A DNA stretch of 36,150 bases, from positions 1 to 36,150 of the forward strand of contig JAFSXW010000052.1 in assembly GCA_017443885.1 (NCBI GenBank). The letters are read 5' to 3'. The translations under genes and the position numbers were made by a program. Position 1 is the first letter of the stretch; every line of letters begins with the position of its first letter. The stretch is from Clostridia bacterium (GTDB lineage: Bacteria > Bacillota > Clostridia > Christensenellales > UBA1242). Shown one piece after another: positions 34,016-36,150 of the stretch. The notes under the pieces are model-generated. The model had not been told where the DNA came from. It ran no database searches and saw only the letters and a list, made by a program, of their open reading frames with translations.

Positions 34016-34369
34016 CTATTTTAATTTTGTTTTTTTAAACCTTATATAGCTTTGTTGTTTGCATTCATTATTGTCATAACCGCCATCTTTAAGCATTTTA
34101 TTTGTTTCTAATTCTTTGCTTATTATGCTTGAATTTTGTGCTCCATCGAATTTAACTAAAATAACATCATCACCAATTTTAACTATATCGTTAATGCTTA
34201 TAAAAATGTCACTACTTTTCCTTAAAAATTTACTTTCTCCTGGCACAACAAACCCAAGCACCTCATTGTTTTCCTTAGAAAACACAATATCTATTGCCCG
34301 CCCCAAACGCTTGCCATTTAAAGTGTTTATAATTTCTTTAATTTTAATTTCATTAAATGTTATTTTCAT
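34016..34369 (-). CDS. ylmC: YlmC/YmxH family sporulation protein (PRC-barrel)
   Basis: 117 aa. FNEIKIKEIINTLNGKRLGRAIDIVF ... VPG matches the YlmC/YmxH N-terminal pattern (L..KEVINI.DG.RLG.I.DL.I). Confidence 0.8.
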   Translation of the reverse strand: MKITFNEIKIKEIINTLNGKRLGRAIDIVFSKENNEVLGFVVPGESKFLRKSSDIFISINDIVKIGDDVILVKFDGAQNSSIISKELETNKMLKDGGYDNNECKQQSYIRFKKTKLK

Positions 34370-34383
34370 ACTATTTTGCTAAT

Positions 34384-34411
34384 AGTTTATGAAACAAAAA
34401 TTCAAATATAA
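34384..34411 (-). promoter_or_regulatory. Sigma-E-like promoter upstream of ylmC
   Basis: Minus strand: TTATATT (34411-34405), 13-nt spacer, CATAAACT (34391-34384; 7 of 8 to CATACAHT). It would give a very short, SD-less leader. Confidence 0.35.
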
Positions 34412-34417
34412 CCTTTA

Positions 34418-34447
34418 GCATAAAAAAATATTTTTATGGGAAAGATA
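34418..34447 (+). promoter_or_regulatory. Sigma-F-like (forespore) promoter upstream of sigG
   Basis: GCATA (34418-34422), 16-nt spacer, GGAAAGATA (34439-34447). The sigma-F consensus as I recall it is GCATR-15-GGHRARHTX. Caveat: the predicted start falls right at the AAGGAGG SD (34454-34460). Confidence 0.3.
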
Positions 34448-34465
34448 TTTTTTAAGGAGGTTTTA

Positions 34466-35236
34466 ATGGCAAATATTGTGGTAATTTGTGGAATAAACAC
34501 TTCCACGCTTCCAAAGGCCAATGCAAAAGAACTTGAAGAACTAATGATAAAACTAAAACAAGGAGATAGCCTTGCACGAGAAAAGTTTATTCATTTAAAT
34601 ATGCGTTTAGTGCTATCTATTGTGCAAAGATTTAATATTCCAAAAAACAATACCGACGATGTGTTTCAAGTTGGCATGATTGGATTAATAAAATCTATTG
34701 ACAACTTTAACACTAATTTAGGAGTAAAATTTTCAACATATGCCGTGCCTATGATTATTGGAGAAATTAGAAGGTATATAAGAGACGGCTCCTCACTAAA
34801 AATCACAAGAAGTTTAAGGGATATTGCCTATCTTGCACTAAAAGCAAAAGAAAAATTAAACAACAATCAAATATATGAACCAAGCCTAGAACAAATAAGC
34901 AACGAAATAAACATTCCAATAAGTGATGTTGCGTGTGCATTAGAAGCAATAACTGAGCCGGTGAGCATATATGACACAATGTATCATGATGACGACGATA
35001 ACGCCCTTGTTTTAGACCAAATTAAAGATAAATCTAGTGAAGAATCTCTTGTGGAAAAAGAATTTTTAAAAGATGCAATAAAGCAAGTTGATGATAGAGC
35101 ACGAGAAATTTTATATTTAAGATACTATCAAGGCAAAACCCAAATGGAAATTTCAAGTGAAATTGGCATTAGTCAAGCGCAAGTTTCAAGGCTAGAAAAA
35201 ACCGCTTTAAAGCAAATGAAAGAATACTCTTTGTAA
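34466..35236 (+). CDS. sigG: Sporulation sigma factor SigG
   Basis: ICGINTSTLP, FQVGMIGLIKSIDNF, KFSTYAVPMIIGEIRRYIRDGSSLKITRSLRDIAY and GISQAQVSRLEK follow B. subtilis SigG more closely than SigF. There is no spoIIAA/AB upstream. The track start is 34436. The ATG at 34466 has AAGGAGG 5 nt upstream. Confidence 0.88.
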   Translation: MANIVVICGINTSTLPKANAKELEELMIKLKQGDSLAREKFIHLNMRLVLSIVQRFNIPKNNTDDVFQVGMIGLIKSIDNFNTNLGVKFSTYAVPMIIGEIRRYIRDGSSLKITRSLRDIAYLALKAKEKLNNNQIYEPSLEQISNEINIPISDVACALEAITEPVSIYDTMYHDDDDNALVLDQIKDKSSEESLVEKEFLKDAIKQVDDRAREILYLRYYQGKTQMEISSEIGISQAQVSRLEKTALKQMKEYSL

Positions 35237-35262
35237 AAATTTTATCTTTAATTTTAGTAAAC

Positions 35263-35290
35263 AAAACCACCAATGATGGTGGTTTTGTTT
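35263..35290. terminator. Bidirectional terminator between sigG and the convergent glycosyltransferase gene
   Basis: AAAACCACCA-atga-TGGTGGTTTT perfect 10-bp stem. Confidence 0.8.
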
Positions 35291-36150
35291 TTATAATATA
35301 TGATCATAAATTTTTTCCATTTGAGATAATATTTTATTTGTTCGGTATTTTTCTATTAATTCCTTATTTTTGTTTCCAAATTGCTCACATAGCAATAAAT
35401 CATTTCTTAAAGTTTTTATGGCATTAATAAATCCGTTTTTATCTTTCAAATTAACTAAAATGCCATTTTTGTTATTTTCAACTAAATCTTTGCAACCTCT
35501 AATATCACTTGCTATTATTGGTAGCCCCGCATCCATAGCCTCCATCATACTCATAGGAAGCCCCTCTCTTATAGATGGCATAACAAACACATTTGCAAGA
35601 TTTAAAATTCTGTCTATATCCTTCCTATAGCCTAATAACTTAACATTACTATCTAAGCCATATTGCTCAATAACATTTTCTAAATATTCTTTTTTAGGGC
35701 CTCTTCCGCATATTAAATATTTAATGCTTAAATCATTAATGTTGTGAAGCGCATCTATTACTGCAATATGATTTTTGTTTTTATTTAATTCTCCAACACT
35801 TAATATAACAAAATCGTCATCTTTTATATTTAGATCGCTTTTTAAATCTTCCACATTATCAATTTTATGTTGTTTTTCATAGCCAATACCATCAATTTTG
35901 TAAACATTTTTAGCTTTCATTTTTTTAGCAGCTAAATAATCTTCTTCATTCATTGTTACTAATGCGTCGGTGAACCTTGCAAAGTATTTTTCTATTGTTT
36001 TATACACAAGCCTGTTTATAAGTGGAGCCCCTTTATAAAAGTGAAAACCATGAGCAATGTATAAAACTGGGATTTTGTATTTTTTTCCCATCATTCTTCC
36101 CATAACCCCACCAACTGGTGTGTGGCAATGAATCAAATCATAGTTTCCTG
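35291..36150 (-). CDS. GT4-family (GT-B fold) glycosyltransferase, N-terminus beyond the right edge
   Basis: The frame stays open to the window edge (...GNYDLIHCHTPVGG...), so the TTG at 36136 in the track is not the start. The C-terminal domain has the EGLPMSMMEAMDAGLPIIASDIRG (E-x7-E type) motif of GT4 enzymes. Confidence 0.8.
   Translation of the reverse strand, partial: GNYDLIHCHTPVGGVMGRMMGKKYKIPVLYIAHGFHFYKGAPLINRLVYKTIEKYFARFTDALVTMNEEDYLAAKKMKAKNVYKIDGIGYEKQHKIDNVEDLKSDLNIKDDDFVILSVGELNKNKNHIAVIDALHNINDLSIKYLICGRGPKKEYLENVIEQYGLDSNVKLLGYRKDIDRILNLANVFVMPSIREGLPMSMMEAMDAGLPIIASDIRGCKDLVENNKNGILVNLKDKNGFINAIKTLRNDLLLCEQFGNKNKELIEKYRTNKILSQMEKIYDHIL

Noticed and set aside
5108-34465. 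A single 29-kb inversion with endpoints after sigE and before sigG as the explanation for the split sigma cluster
   Set aside because: Re-inverting would join sigE to sigG, but it would place ylmC-nrdR next to comM instead of downstream of sigG. I also saw no inverted repeats at the two junctions. More than one event is needed.
34436-34465. Upstream-extended starts offered by the ORF track (34436 sigG, 8724 fhs, 6080 sigE, 17812 and 17639 small ORFs, 30301 membrane protein)
   Set aside because: In each case a downstream ATG has a properly spaced GGAG-type SD and gives the N-terminus expected for the family. The extended starts lack an SD.
1-36150. CRISPR arrays, IS elements, integrases, prophage genes, tRNA/rRNA genes
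   Set aside because: I found no regularly spaced direct repeats, no transposase or recombinase-like ORFs, no terminal inverted repeats flanking the accessory islet, and no tRNA-like GC-rich cloverleaf segments in any intergenic region.
36136-36150. TTG at 36136 as the start of the glycosyltransferase
   Set aside because: The reading frame stays open to the window edge (GNYDLIHCHTP). A GT4 enzyme also needs about 80-100 more N-terminal residues. The gene is truncated by the window.

Overview
The window is a visibly AT-rich (about one-third G+C by eye, not computed), tightly packed chromosomal segment of an endospore-forming Firmicute with Clostridia-like gene order. I call 36 protein-coding genes: 29 on the minus strand and 7 on the plus strand, with two cut by the window edges. 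I see no rRNA or tRNA genes, no CRISPR array, and no transposase, integrase or phage genes. Most of the content is core housekeeping plus the sporulation backbone: trmFO(partial)-topA-dprA-comM; sigE-spoIIGA; fhs; a metallophosphoesterase; engB; a split transketolase; ftsZ-ftsA; mscL; asnS; spoIVA; plsY-der; spoIIP; an RluA-type pseudouridine synthase; feoAB; nrdR; ylmC; sigG; and a GT4 glycosyltransferase (partial). Many operon ends and all six convergent gene junctions carry a clear A-tract/hairpin/T-tract terminator. Several sigma-A, three sigma-E-like and one sigma-F-like promoter can be read by eye. The only stretch that looks accessory is 17.08-23.23 kb, between asnS and spoIVA. It holds an orphan protein, a small-membrane-protein + XRE regulator pair, a double-length ThyX-fold protein, a lone M16 peptidase, a membrane-anchored GH18 hydrolase and a TasA/camelysin-like exported protein. 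I do not see a recognisable defence island, toxin-antitoxin pair, biosynthetic cluster or mobile element, so I cannot claim a clear new multi-gene system. The most unusual single item is the tandem ThyX-like protein (18434-19600), whose two halves retain complementary parts of the ThyX signature. Other items worth a second look: FeoB fused in frame to a Cys-rich membrane module and overlapping the next gene; an NrdR box inside the nrdR promoter spacer; an FtsA homologue with a degenerate ATP motif and no membrane tail; MscL with a long charged insert; SpoIIP with an extra C-terminal anchor; gpsA replaced by a SHOCT membrane protein; sigG uncoupled from spoIIGA-sigE; and candidate leaderless starts for spoIIGA and feoA. 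All family assignments come from reading the translated ORFs and the DNA by eye. No database search or folding program was run.
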